From an uncultured Acidobacteriota bacterium (GTDB taxonomy: Bacteria; Acidobacteriota; Thermoanaerobaculia; Multivoradales; UBA5704): a DNA stretch of 64,000 nt. The position numbers and the translations under genes are program-made. How positions within the stretch are numbered: position 1 is the stretch's first letter; each line of letters starts with the position of its first letter. Shown one piece after another: positions 31,324-40,297 of the stretch. Where the stretch lies: positions 1,684,455-1,748,454 of the forward strand of contig OY969112.1 of assembly GCA_963698025.1 (NCBI GenBank), read 5' to 3'. The notes below the pieces were generated by a model. That model had not been told where the DNA came from. It did not search any database and saw nothing but the letters and a program-made list of their open reading frames with translations.

Positions 31324-31692
31324 TCAGGCATCTTTCCGGAACACGCGGCTTGAGATTGAAACGGTGTTCTTGTCGGGGTCTTTCGCGTTGGCAAAGGAGT
31401 AGCCGTTCGCAAGATGTGTGCTGCCGAAGACCAGACCGAGCTCCGCGCTCCGGCTCTTGAAGGCTTCAATGTCCTGAACATCGAACATGAGCTTCACCCC
31501 GACCTGGCCAAGCTTAACGCTCTTCGCCGCCTGGTGGATCAAGAGGCTCGCTCCTCCGTTTGACGCCGACAGCTCGATCAAGCCTTCAACCACTTCGCCC
31601 GTAGAGACGAACCCAAAGAACTTCCGATAGAACTCGGCGGTCCTTTTCATGTCCTTGGCGTAAATGATGATCGTGTTCAGCGCTGGGCTCAT
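31324..31692 (-). CDS. VOC/glyoxalase family protein
   Basis: 'IIIYAKDM...AEFY...FGF', 'FDVQDI', 'KDPD.N.VSI'. Confidence 0.88.
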   Translation of the reverse strand: MSPALNTIIIYAKDMKRTAEFYRKFFGFVSTGEVVEGLIELSASNGGASLLIHQAAKSVKLGQVGVKLMFDVQDIEAFKSRSAELGLVFGSTHLANGYSFANAKDPDKNTVSISSRVFRKDA

Positions 31693-31718
31693 AAGCTCTC
31701 CAAGATGCCTACTCGGAC

Positions 31719-32045
31719 ATGCATCAGAAGGAGGCGGAGACCGGGCAGTGCCGAAAGGCTAGAACCCAACTTGTCGAGCACCTCCAGAAGAAGCTTTACG
31801 GCCGTGCCACGTGGGAAACACAAGGTCTTCGCCAACACGAAAGACCAGAGTGTCGCGTTCTCCCGTGCATGCCCGGCTGTGAAGCCCATCCGAGAGCCGG
31901 ATGCGGGAGATCCGCAAGTCCGGTTCGATGAGCGGCGGTGGAAAAAGGAGCTACGGCCGAGACTGAGGCACCGGAATCAGGACGAAAGCCGCCGACAACA
32001 ACAACTCCCTCGGCCTACGGGTACCGCGCCCGCCGTCGACTCTAC
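31719..32045 (+). mobile_element. Group II intron remnant (domains V and VI, possible maturase scar)
   Basis: DV GAGCCGGATGCGGGAGATCCGCAAGTCCGGTTC (31894-31926) with AGC triad; DVI with bulged A, ending GACTCTAC at 32045. Confidence 0.85.
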
Positions 32046-32195
32046 CCTGTTCCACACACCTATTCCCAGGCCAGCACCTTTTCCCAGCGCTACCAGCAAC
32101 GGATGCGGATATGTCTTTGTAGCACAAGGACTCTAGGCTTGAGCGCGGTCACTCTTTCCTTCATCATTGAAGTATGAATAGTTCAGGAGGTCGAC

Positions 32196-35100
32196 ATGGA
32201 TTTAGAGGAACGGGACTATGAAGGTTATGTGCGCAGGATCGATCAGATCGACAGAATCCTGCAGAGCCCCATCGAAAGCCTGGTGAAGATCGTCGTAAAG
32301 GGGCCCAAAAGCCCGGAGGGAACGTGGACGCCTGCAAAACGGCTGATCTACGTTCCTTCCAGCATCCGGGCGGATCAAATGCCCGAAACAGCCCCTATCC
32401 ACGCCGCTCTCTGCTGCTCCACATTACAACGCGTATGGATCCACCGCCGCCGTTTCCCTAAGCTGAGCAAGGCGTTGGAGGATTTGGAGAAGACGCTGAA
32501 GGAAGAGAGGCCCTCGTCCGATTCCAGCGTGCCGGAGCTTCTGGCCGAGCCGTTCCTCCCCAAGGCTCCGCAAGCGATTGGCCTTCAAGATCTGGCCGCG
32601 CTCTTCACCGGTCTTGACGATGGTCCCTGTGATCCCTATACCGCATCCCAGGTCTTCTGGGTCCTGCTGAACGCGGGGGAAAAGAACACGCACACGGCCA
32701 CGGGATTCTTTGCATTCTTTCTGATGACTTGGGCTCTTCTTCGCCAATACCCGGAGCCTGGGGGCGTCTCGATCAGGAACTCCCCGGCGACGGCATACCT
32801 TACCGCTAAGTCTCTGGCGCCGCTCTTGAGCTTGCGATCGATCTGCCGACGCCGCACCAAGCTTCTCGACAAGATCACCGGTCTTCTAAGGGAACTTGCA
32901 GAGCTCATGAATGGCACGAACGAGCTTCGGAAAAGGCAATGGTTGCCTCTGCGTTTGGACGAACTGTCCGCCAGGCTGTATGAGTTGGCAGACATCGCGG
33001 TCAACCGCAAGGGCTTCCAGGATTGCGCCAAGGAGATCGAGGAGATCGCGGGCGGCCTCAAGATCGGCCCGGACTCGGAGACCGCGAAGGCTTGGATCCA
33101 AGTCGTAGCGTCATTTCTCGGTGCACTCCGGAAGCTGGGAACGGTGGGAAAGGAGGGCCTGACCGAGGCACAGCGGGTCGTCAACGGCTTCCTGCCCGAC
33201 ATCCTGCGGGCTCTCGAAAAGGACGAGCCGAAGGCGTGCGCTAAAGAGCTGGAAAAAATCGGCCTTTCCGTTCCCACACCCCGGTTCCGTGACGAACAGA
33301 AAGAGAAGCAGTATTGCCGCGATCTGAAGACCTCCGCAGAGAACGCCAAGAAGGCCTGCCTAACCGCCTTCGGCGCGCTTTATGATGTAAGTGATAAGTG
33401 CAGCAAGCTGCCGGAGTTCGACCCCGCGACGCTCGAGCAAAGGCCGCAGGACCTTGCTGGCGTTGTGGAGAGTCTACTGGGCAATAAGGTTCCGGAGAGC
33501 GGAGACCCGGAGGCCCGAGAGGGTGTGCTTGAGGCTCTGTCCAGGGCGAACAAAAAAATCGTCGCTGAGATCGAAGACGTAGTAGAAGAAGCAGTGCAAT
33601 GGTGCGAGCGTGTCTTGACGCGGGAGATCGCCCATGCCAGCGCCCGCAATCTGACCGAGTTCGACCCCGCCGAGTTGCTCAGCGCCTTATTTGTGACCAG
33701 CTCGTACAGGACGGGCAGCTCGCTTCGGGTCAAGGACGCCATCGACAAGGCACTCGTCGGTCTGCGCGAGGATGGGAGCTGGATTCCCGGGCAGCCGTTC
33801 CTGGTCATGAGTCAGGACATGGGAATCTGGCCCTCCACGTCGGACATCCTGTGGATGCTCTCGAGCATCCTCTCGCGCTACCAGGACGTGCAAATCGCCG
33901 ACGACGCGGTCGGCGCCTATGTGGATTGGATGGAGAGGACCAAGAAGAATATTCGCTACAAGAACGGGGAGACTTTCGAAAGCGTAGATGGCTGGATCTC
34001 AGAGCGCAACCTAAGGGAAGACCGTATCGACCTCTGGGCCACGACATTCGCCATAAACGCCCTGTTGGGGATTCGCGACCTCATGGAGTTCAGGCTCTGG
34101 CAGCTCTGCGAGAAACGCTTTACAATTCTCGAGCCCAGCCGGTCGCTGATCGAGATTGACGCCGTCGATCTCGGGGCGATCCATTCGGAACGCTTACACC
34201 ATAAGCTCGCCAGGACTGCTCGCCAATCCGCAGGGGACCATTACAAAGACGCCGAGTATTCTCTGATCCTACATGGACCGCCGGGCTCCTCCAAGACAGT
34301 GATTACGGAGGCGCTGGCAATGGAGATGTGGAGGGCAGCATACCCTGAGCGGCGGGGAGCGCGTCTGATCCGGATCACCCCGGCGGACTTCACCCGGAAG
34401 GGGGAAGACCGCCTGGATTCGGAAGCGCGCATCATCTTCAGTCTCCTGGGACGGGTGCGCGGGGTCACCATCCTGTTCGATGAGATTGACGATCTCCTAC
34501 GTATCCGCGAAGGCCGAGGCGACGCCTCCTTCTTCAAATTGGTCGTGCCCGCAATGCTCAACCGTCTCCAGGACCTTCGGGATGCCTGCCCCCAGCAGGA
34601 GATCTGTTTCGTCATGGCGACCAACTACGTGGACCGCATTGAGCCCGCCTTATTGAGAAAAGGTCGTATCGATTCCCTCTACCCTCTCGTCTATCCAGAC
34701 CCGGACAGCCGCTGCTGTACCCTCGGCAAGAGCATCGCGAAGCTGCACGAGCGGTATCGAAAAGATCAAAAGGAGTGGCCGTGGGCGGAGTGGGCAGCCG
34801 ACCTCTTGGAGAAGAACTTAGGAAAACTCATCATCAATGAGACGAACTACTGGCCTTGGAAGACGTTCGACAGCTTCTGCAAGACTGTCGTGGAAGATTT
34901 GAAGCAGGTCTGGCAAGCGAAGGCGGAGCCCGAGAGAATCGATGTTGCTCTGAGTAAAGTTCGAGTTAATCTAAAGGATAAGAACACCGAGATCCTGACT
35001 CATGTCTATGATTCGTCGCGCACGAGGCGTCTCAAAGCATCCCCTGAGTTGCGGAGCGAATTGGTCCAGTATAGTTTCGCTGGTGCCCCAAACCTTACGT

Positions 35101-35294
35101 CGTTCGTAAACGAGATCCTCGGCCATATGAGGGGAATGGGGTTAAAGCTGAAGGTCGGAGATGAAAAATTAAAAATATTTGGCAATGAAAAAACTTGGCC
35201 GGAAGGGCTTAGCGACGATCTGGAGATCGTCCTCGGGAAAAAAGAAGATCTGCAGCATAAGATTAATCAGATCAGGCGGTGGCGAGGTTGGTAG
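32196..35294 (+). CDS. Large AAA+ ATPase with helical/alpha-toroid N-terminal region
   Basis: AGGAGG RBS; Walker A GPPGSSKT, Walker B ILFDEID, sensor ATN, ALLRKGRID; 'LREDGSW' and 'DGW' motifs. Confidence 0.88.
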   Translation: MDLEERDYEGYVRRIDQIDRILQSPIESLVKIVVKGPKSPEGTWTPAKRLIYVPSSIRADQMPETAPIHAALCCSTLQRVWIHRRRFPKLSKALEDLEKTLKEERPSSDSSVPELLAEPFLPKAPQAIGLQDLAALFTGLDDGPCDPYTASQVFWVLLNAGEKNTHTATGFFAFFLMTWALLRQYPEPGGVSIRNSPATAYLTAKSLAPLLSLRSICRRRTKLLDKITGLLRELAELMNGTNELRKRQWLPLRLDELSARLYELADIAVNRKGFQDCAKEIEEIAGGLKIGPDSETAKAWIQVVASFLGALRKLGTVGKEGLTEAQRVVNGFLPDILRALEKDEPKACAKELEKIGLSVPTPRFRDEQKEKQYCRDLKTSAENAKKACLTAFGALYDVSDKCSKLPEFDPATLEQRPQDLAGVVESLLGNKVPESGDPEAREGVLEALSRANKKIVAEIEDVVEEAVQWCERVLTREIAHASARNLTEFDPAELLSALFVTSSYRTGSSLRVKDAIDKALVGLREDGSWIPGQPFLVMSQDMGIWPSTSDILWMLSSILSRYQDVQIADDAVGAYVDWMERTKKNIRYKNGETFESVDGWISERNLREDRIDLWATTFAINALLGIRDLMEFRLWQLCEKRFTILEPSRSLIEIDAVDLGAIHSERLHHKLARTARQSAGDHYKDAEYSLILHGPPGSSKTVITEALAMEMWRAAYPERRGARLIRITPADFTRKGEDRLDSEARIIFSLLGRVRGVTILFDEIDDLLRIREGRGDASFFKLVVPAMLNRLQDLRDACPQQEICFVMATNYVDRIEPALLRKGRIDSLYPLVYPDPDSRCCTLGKSIAKLHERYRKDQKEWPWAEWAADLLEKNLGKLIINETNYWPWKTFDSFCKTVVEDLKQVWQAKAEPERIDVALSKVRVNLKDKNTEILTHVYDSSRTRRLKASPELRSELVQYSFAGAPNLTSFVNEILGHMRGMGLKLKVGDEKLKIFGNEKTWPEGLSDDLEIVLGKKEDLQHKINQIRRWRGW

Positions 35295-35607
35295 CCCCCT
35301 AAGCCTAAACGAGGTTCCATCTGAATAGCCATGCATAGAACTCTTCGCGCTCCGAATGAGGTACCCGAAAAAGGTGCTGCCGGAACGGAACGAGGTTCCA
35401 TCCTAACAGTTACGGCGAGTGCGCGGGCGCGACTCACCTTGACCATGAGTACCAATCTCGCTATACGAGAGGAGTTGTTGCGTCACAGCCAGATCCTCAA
35501 AGCGGCGGCTTGATCACTCGGCCCGATTTTGCAACAGTTGGGTACACTCTCAGGCCGGAGAAGCGTCCGACACCTCTTGGCCTGACGATCTCGAGCTGAC
35601 GGGGGAC

Positions 35608-35636
35608 TTGCAGTCTCTCCGTCAATGGCGTATAGT
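35608..35636 (+). promoter_or_regulatory. sigma70 promoter of HigBA (leaderless)
   Basis: TTGCAG-N17-TATAGT, 6 nt before the GTG. Confidence 0.65.
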
Positions 35637-35642
35637 CGGGCT

Positions 35643-35960
35643 GTGTGGTTCGTGGAGACCTCCCTGTTTTCTGGCCAACTCTCTGAGCACCTTCACGACG
35701 ACGACTATCGGTCCCTGCAGTTGGCTCTTACCTTGCGGCCTGAGCAAGGAGCCCTGATCCCGGGCAGCGGTGGACTTCGCAAGCTCCGTTGGGCTCTTCG
35801 CGGCAAAGGAAAACGCGGTGGCCTCCGAGTCATCTACTACTGGGATCCGGCCGAGGACGTGATCTACCTCATCTACCTTTACTCGAAGAACCAGCAGGCG
35901 AACCTTAGGCCCGATCAGCTCAAGCTATTGAGGCGGACGATCGAGGAGGATCTGCAGTGA
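35643..35960 (+). CDS. RelE/HigB-family toxin
   Basis: 'FVET..F', 'G.LIPGSGGLRKLRW...GKGKRGG.RVIYY', 'Y.KN.Q..L'. Confidence 0.92.
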   Translation: MWFVETSLFSGQLSEHLHDDDYRSLQLALTLRPEQGALIPGSGGLRKLRWALRGKGKRGGLRVIYYWDPAEDVIYLIYLYSKNQQANLRPDQLKLLRRTIEEDLQ

Positions 35961-36295
35961 ACGACTCTGATTTTCAACAGCTCCTTGCCAGCGTGAAGGA
36001 GGCGGGGCGGATCAAGCGCGGAGAACAGGAGCCCGCGCGCAAGTTCGAGGTGCGGGCAGAGGATGTAAAGGCGATCCGTGCGAAGCTGGACAAGTCCCAA
36101 TCGGAATTTGCCCTCATGATTGGTGTGAGCGTAGCGACTCTCCAGAATTGGGAACAAGGGCGACGCCAGCCGGAAGGTCCGGCGCGAGCACTCCTGAAGG
36201 TGGCGTCGGTCAATCCACGGGCCGTTGCGGCTGCGCTGGATCCCAGCCAAGCGCCCAACCCGAGGCTTGCAGCGGGCAGCTCGCGCCGCCGCTGA
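35957..36295 (+). CDS. HigA/NadS-like HTH antitoxin
   Basis: 'IR.KL..SQ.EFA..IGVS..TLQNWEQGRR.P.GPA..LL'. Confidence 0.92.
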   Translation: MNDSDFQQLLASVKEAGRIKRGEQEPARKFEVRAEDVKAIRAKLDKSQSEFALMIGVSVATLQNWEQGRRQPEGPARALLKVASVNPRAVAAALDPSQAPNPRLAAGSSRRR

Positions 36296-36315
36296 AGCCC
36301 AGGGTTTCTTGCGGA

Positions 36316-36343
36316 AAGGGCGGGGACTTGTCCCCGCCCCTAC
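36316..36343. repeat. GTAG-type REP or terminator between higA and glnA
   Basis: GGGCGGGGAC-TT-GTCCCCGCCC followed by CTAC. Confidence 0.6.
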
Positions 36344-36368
36344 GTTCCCTCTCTCAAGCAGTGAAGCC

Positions 36369-37697
36369 TCAATACTCCGCCAGATACCGCTCCTGCTCCC
36401 ACGGATGCACGTGCGAGATGTAGTCCGCCCACTCCTGGCGCTTGGCGCGCAGGTAGTTGTCCAGGATGTGCTCGCCGAGGGCCTCCTTGACGACCTCGTC
36501 CTTCTCCATCTCGTCGAGGGCCTCGGAGAGGTTGGCGGGGAGCTGGCCGATGCGCAGGCGCCGCTTCTCGCGGTTGCTCATGGTGAAGATGTTCTTGTTG
36601 ATCGGCGGCCCAGGGTGCAGCTCGCGCTTCACGCCGTCGAGCCCGGCCGCCATCATCACCGCCAGCGCCAGGTAGGGGTTGCAGGACGGGTCCGGCATGC
36701 GCACCTCGCAGCGGGTGGACATGCCGCGCTTGGCCGGCACGCGCACCAGCGGGCTGCGGTTCTTCTCGGACCAGGCGACGTTGATCGGCGCCTCGTAGCC
36801 CGGCACCAGCCGCTTGTAGGAGTTGACCAGCGGGTTGGTCACCGCCGCGAAGCCCATCGCGTGCTCGAGGATGCCCCCCATGTACCCCATCGCCACCTTG
36901 GAGAGCTGGAACTCGGCCTTCGGATCGTAGAAGGCGTTGTCCCCCTTCTTGTTCATCAGGCTCTGGTGGACGTGCATGCCGGAGCCGTTGACGCCGAAGA
37001 TCGGCTTCGGCATGAAGGTGGCGTGCAGGCCGTGGTCCATCGCCACCTTCTTGACCACGAAACGGAAGGTGGTCACGTTGTCGGCGCAGTTCACCGCCTC
37101 GGAATACTTGAAGTCGATCTCGTGCTGCCCCGGCGCCACCTCGTGGTGCGCGGCCTCGACCTCGAAGCCCATCGCCTCCAGCACGATCACGATGTCGCGC
37201 CGGGCCTCTTCTCCCATGTCGACCGGGGTGAGGTCGAAGTAGCCGCCGACGTCGTGCGTCTCGACCAGCACCTTGCCGTCCTCGTCTTTGTGGAAGAGGA
37301 AGAACTCGGCCTCGGGCCCGGCCACCATCGTGTAGCCCATGCCTTGAGCCCGCTCGACCTGCCGCTTGAGCGTCATCCGCGGGCAGCCCGGGAAGGGGGA
37401 GCCGTCCGGCAGGTAGATGTCGCAGATCATCCGCGCCACCTTGGAGCCGTCGGGGTTGGACCAGGGGTTGACCCGGAAGGTATCGTAGTCGGGGGTCAGC
37501 AGCATGTCCGACTCCTCGATGCGGGTGAAACCCTGGATCGACGAGCCGTCGAACATGATCTGGCCGTCCAGCGCCTTCTCGAACTGGCTGCGGGGGATCT
37601 CCACGTTCTTGATGATCCCCATGATGTCCGTGAACTGCAGTCGCATGAAGCGGACGCCCTCGTCGTCGGCCGACTTCAGGATCTCCTCTCTCTTCAT
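36369..37697 (-). CDS. glnA: Glutamine synthetase type I (GSI-alpha length)
   Basis: FDGSSI.GF, HHEVAPGQHEI, FMPKP..G.NGSGMH.H, NSYKRLVPGYEAP. Confidence 0.97.
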   Translation of the reverse strand: MKREEILKSADDEGVRFMRLQFTDIMGIIKNVEIPRSQFEKALDGQIMFDGSSIQGFTRIEESDMLLTPDYDTFRVNPWSNPDGSKVARMICDIYLPDGSPFPGCPRMTLKRQVERAQGMGYTMVAGPEAEFFLFHKDEDGKVLVETHDVGGYFDLTPVDMGEEARRDIVIVLEAMGFEVEAAHHEVAPGQHEIDFKYSEAVNCADNVTTFRFVVKKVAMDHGLHATFMPKPIFGVNGSGMHVHQSLMNKKGDNAFYDPKAEFQLSKVAMGYMGGILEHAMGFAAVTNPLVNSYKRLVPGYEAPINVAWSEKNRSPLVRVPAKRGMSTRCEVRMPDPSCNPYLALAVMMAAGLDGVKRELHPGPPINKNIFTMSNREKRRLRIGQLPANLSEALDEMEKDEVVKEALGEHILDNYLRAKRQEWADYISHVHPWEQERYLAEY

Positions 37698-37729
37698 CGG
37701 TGCCCTCCCAATAAGCTCAGGTTAGGCGC

Positions 37730-37758
37730 ATCATAGGGGGTGATCCAGGGGTTTGCAA
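37730..37758 (-). promoter_or_regulatory. sigma70 promoter of glnA
   Basis: TTGCAA-N17-TATGAT; palindrome GTGCAG-GAT-CTGCAC at 37789-37803 upstream. Confidence 0.65.
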
Positions 37759-37931
37759 CCCCTGATTTCGCGGAGTGATCCTGAAAACGTGCAGGATCTG
37801 CACATTTCTCGTTGCAGCGCGATTCCACGGACCACGTGCTATTCTGGGCTGAGCTCCCGGCATCGAAGGCCGTGGCCATCCAGCGCCACCGTTCCGGACG
37901 TAGAGTTCTCGGAGCACAGAGAGGAGCCCTC

Positions 37932-38696
37932 GTGAACGCATCCAGCGATGCCGTAGCCGCCCCGCCCGCCAAGTCCCGCGGCAAGCTCGTCCTCTACATC
38001 GTGATCGGCGTGGCCGTCCTCGCCGCCCTGTTCCTGGCCGGCCGGCAGGCCGGCGCCTACGTGCCGCGCTTCGCGCAGTGGGTCGCGAGTCTGGGGGTCT
38101 GGGGGCCGGTCGTCTTCATCCTCGGCTACGCGGTGGCGGCCGTGGCGTTCATCCCCGGCTCGCTGCTGACGCTCGCCGCCGGCGCCATCTTCGGCCTTGC
38201 CAAGGGGACGATCTACACCCTGATCGGCGCCACCCTCGGCGCCGCGGCGGCCTTCCTGGTGGCGCGCTACGTCGCCCGCGGCGCGATCGAGCGGCGGATC
38301 GCCGGCAACCCCAGGTTCGCCGCCATCGACAAGGCGGTGGGGCGTGAGGGGTTCAAGATCGTGGCGCTGCTGCGCCTCTCCCCCATCTTCCCGTTCAACC
38401 TGCTCAACTACTCGCTGGGGCTGACCAAGGTCCGCTTCCTGCCGTATCTCGCCGCCTCGATCGCCATGCTGCCGGGCACGCTGCTCTACGTCTACTACGG
38501 CAAGGCGGCGGGGAGCCTGGCGGCGGTCGCCGGCGGCGCCAAGACGGAGAAGGGGACCAGCTACTGGGTGGTGCTCGGCGTCGGCCTCCTCGCCACGATC
38601 GTGGTCACCACCTTCGTCACCCGCCTGGCGGGCAAGGCGCTGCGCCAGCAGATCGACGCTCCGGCAGCGTCCACGGGGGAGGATCGCCATGGCTGA
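37932..38696 (+). CDS. TVP38/TMEM64 (DedA/VTT) membrane protein
   Basis: GAGGAG RBS and GTG start; 'PGS.LTLAAG..FG', 'LLRLSP.FPFN.LNY..GLT'. Confidence 0.92.
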   Translation: MNASSDAVAAPPAKSRGKLVLYIVIGVAVLAALFLAGRQAGAYVPRFAQWVASLGVWGPVVFILGYAVAAVAFIPGSLLTLAAGAIFGLAKGTIYTLIGATLGAAAAFLVARYVARGAIERRIAGNPRFAAIDKAVGREGFKIVALLRLSPIFPFNLLNYSLGLTKVRFLPYLAASIAMLPGTLLYVYYGKAAGSLAAVAGGAKTEKGTSYWVVLGVGLLATIVVTTFVTRLAGKALRQQIDAPAASTGEDRHG

Positions 38697-40236
38697 GCCC
38701 GCGGCCGCGCATCCGCCATTCGCCGTCGAGCCGCTGGACGAATCCAACCGCCGGCTCCTCGAGAACGTCCATCCACCCTCGTGGGTGAACCCCGAGCCGG
38801 CCCCGCGCTACCACATGGTGGTGATCGGCGCCGGCACGGCCGGCCTGGTGTCGGCCAAGGGGGCGGCCGGGCTCGGCGCCCGCGTGGCCCTGATCGAGCG
38901 CCATCTGATGGGCGGCGACTGCCTCAACGTCGGCTGCGTCCCTTCCAAGGGGATCATCCGCGCCTCTCGCGCCTGGCAGGACGCCCGCGAGGCCGCCGGG
39001 CGCTTCGGCGGTCCAGCGGTTTCCGCCTCCGCGGACGGCGGCTTCGGTTTCGCCATGGCCCGCATGCGCCGCCTGCGCGCCGGCATCAGCGACGTCGACA
39101 GCGCGGAGGCGGCCCGTAAGGCCGGGGTCGACGTCTTCCTCGGCGACGGCCGTTTCGTCTCCCCCGACACCATCGAGGTGGGCGGCAAGCGCCTCTGCTT
39201 CCGCCGCGCCGTCATCGCCACCGGCGCCCGCGCCGCCGAGCCCCCCATCCCGGGGCTCGCCGAGGCCGGCTTCCGGACCAACGAGACGATCTTCAACCTC
39301 ACCGAGCTGCCGAAGCGGCTGGTGGTGATCGGCGGCGGCCCGATCGGCTGCGAGATGGCGCAGTCCTTCGCGCGCTTCGGCAGCCAGGTCACCCACCTCG
39401 TCCAGGAGGGGCACGTGCTGCCGCGCGAGGACGCCGACGCCGCGGAGATCGTCCAGCAGGCGATGCTCGCCGACGGCGTGGGCTTCGAATTCGGCATGAA
39501 GGTCGTCGGGGCCCGCCGCCAGGGCGCGGACAAGGTGGTCGCTTTCGAGCGGGAGGGCAAGCGCCACGAGGTGGTCGCGGACGAGATCCTGGTCGCCGCC
39601 GGCCGGGCGCCGAACGTCGAGGGGCTGGGGCTGGAGGCGGCGGGAGTACGCTGTGGCAAGTGGGGGGTCGAGGTGGACGACAACCTGCGCACCAGCAACC
39701 GGAACGTCTTCGCCTGCGGCGACGTCGCCTCACGTTTCCAGTTCACCCACATCGCGGACGCCCAGGCGCGCATCGTGATCCAGAACGCCCTCTTCTTCGG
39801 CCGCTCCAAGTCCTCGGCGCTGACCATTCCCTGGTGCACCTACACCACCCCCGAGATCGCCCACGTCGGGATGTACGAGAAAGACGCGCGAGAGAAGGGG
39901 CTCGAGGTCGACACTCTGACGATTCACATGGCGGACGTCGACCGCGCCATCCTCGACGGCGACGACGAGGGGTTCCTGCGCGTCCACGTCGAAAAGGGGT
40001 CGAAAGAGGGGAAGATCCTCGGCGCCACCCTGGTCGCCGAGCACGCCGGAGACATGATCGGCGAGCTCTGCCTGGCGGTGACCCACGGCATCGGGCTCGA
40101 CAAGATCGCCAGCGTCATCCACCCCTACCCCACCCAGGGCGAGGTCGTGAAGAAGGCGGCGGACACCTGGAGGCGGGGGAAGCTGACGCCGACGGTAAAG
40201 AAGGTTTTCGACTGGTTTTTCCGGACGTTCAAATGA
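38689..40236 (+). CDS. FAD-dependent pyridine nucleotide-disulfide oxidoreductase (MerA/LpdA-like, no MerA Cys-Cys tail)
   Basis: GAGTAG, GGDCLNVGCVPSK, GGGPIG.E, HPYPT. Confidence 0.92.
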   Translation: MAEPAAAHPPFAVEPLDESNRRLLENVHPPSWVNPEPAPRYHMVVIGAGTAGLVSAKGAAGLGARVALIERHLMGGDCLNVGCVPSKGIIRASRAWQDAREAAGRFGGPAVSASADGGFGFAMARMRRLRAGISDVDSAEAARKAGVDVFLGDGRFVSPDTIEVGGKRLCFRRAVIATGARAAEPPIPGLAEAGFRTNETIFNLTELPKRLVVIGGGPIGCEMAQSFARFGSQVTHLVQEGHVLPREDADAAEIVQQAMLADGVGFEFGMKVVGARRQGADKVVAFEREGKRHEVVADEILVAAGRAPNVEGLGLEAAGVRCGKWGVEVDDNLRTSNRNVFACGDVASRFQFTHIADAQARIVIQNALFFGRSKSSALTIPWCTYTTPEIAHVGMYEKDAREKGLEVDTLTIHMADVDRAILDGDDEGFLRVHVEKGSKEGKILGATLVAEHAGDMIGELCLAVTHGIGLDKIASVIHPYPTQGEVVKKAADTWRRGKLTPTVKKVFDWFFRTFK

Positions 40237-40297
40237 TCCCTGGGCTTGGAGGAACCGTCCGTACTCAGCGGGCAATCGCTGCCCGTTGAGGGGGGAG

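Larger units (their letters stand above)
35537..36310 (+). mobile_element. Integron-like gene cassette carrying HigBA
   Basis: GTTGGGT core at 35537 complements GCCCAAC at 36253 (6/7); attC-like palindrome at 36253-36306. Confidence 0.6.

Noticed and set aside
31719-31931. 70-aa ORF as a functional gene
   Set aside because: It runs into intron domain V and has no RT motifs; treated as a maturase scar
35519-35534. Possible sigma54 promoter CGGCCCGATTTTGCA
   Set aside because: GG-to-GC spacing is 9 nt rather than the obligatory 10
38689-40236. Mercury resistance (merA)
   Set aside because: Lacks the C-terminal Cys-Cys pair and NmerA domain; no mer operon; pairing with TVP38 is a known non-mer context
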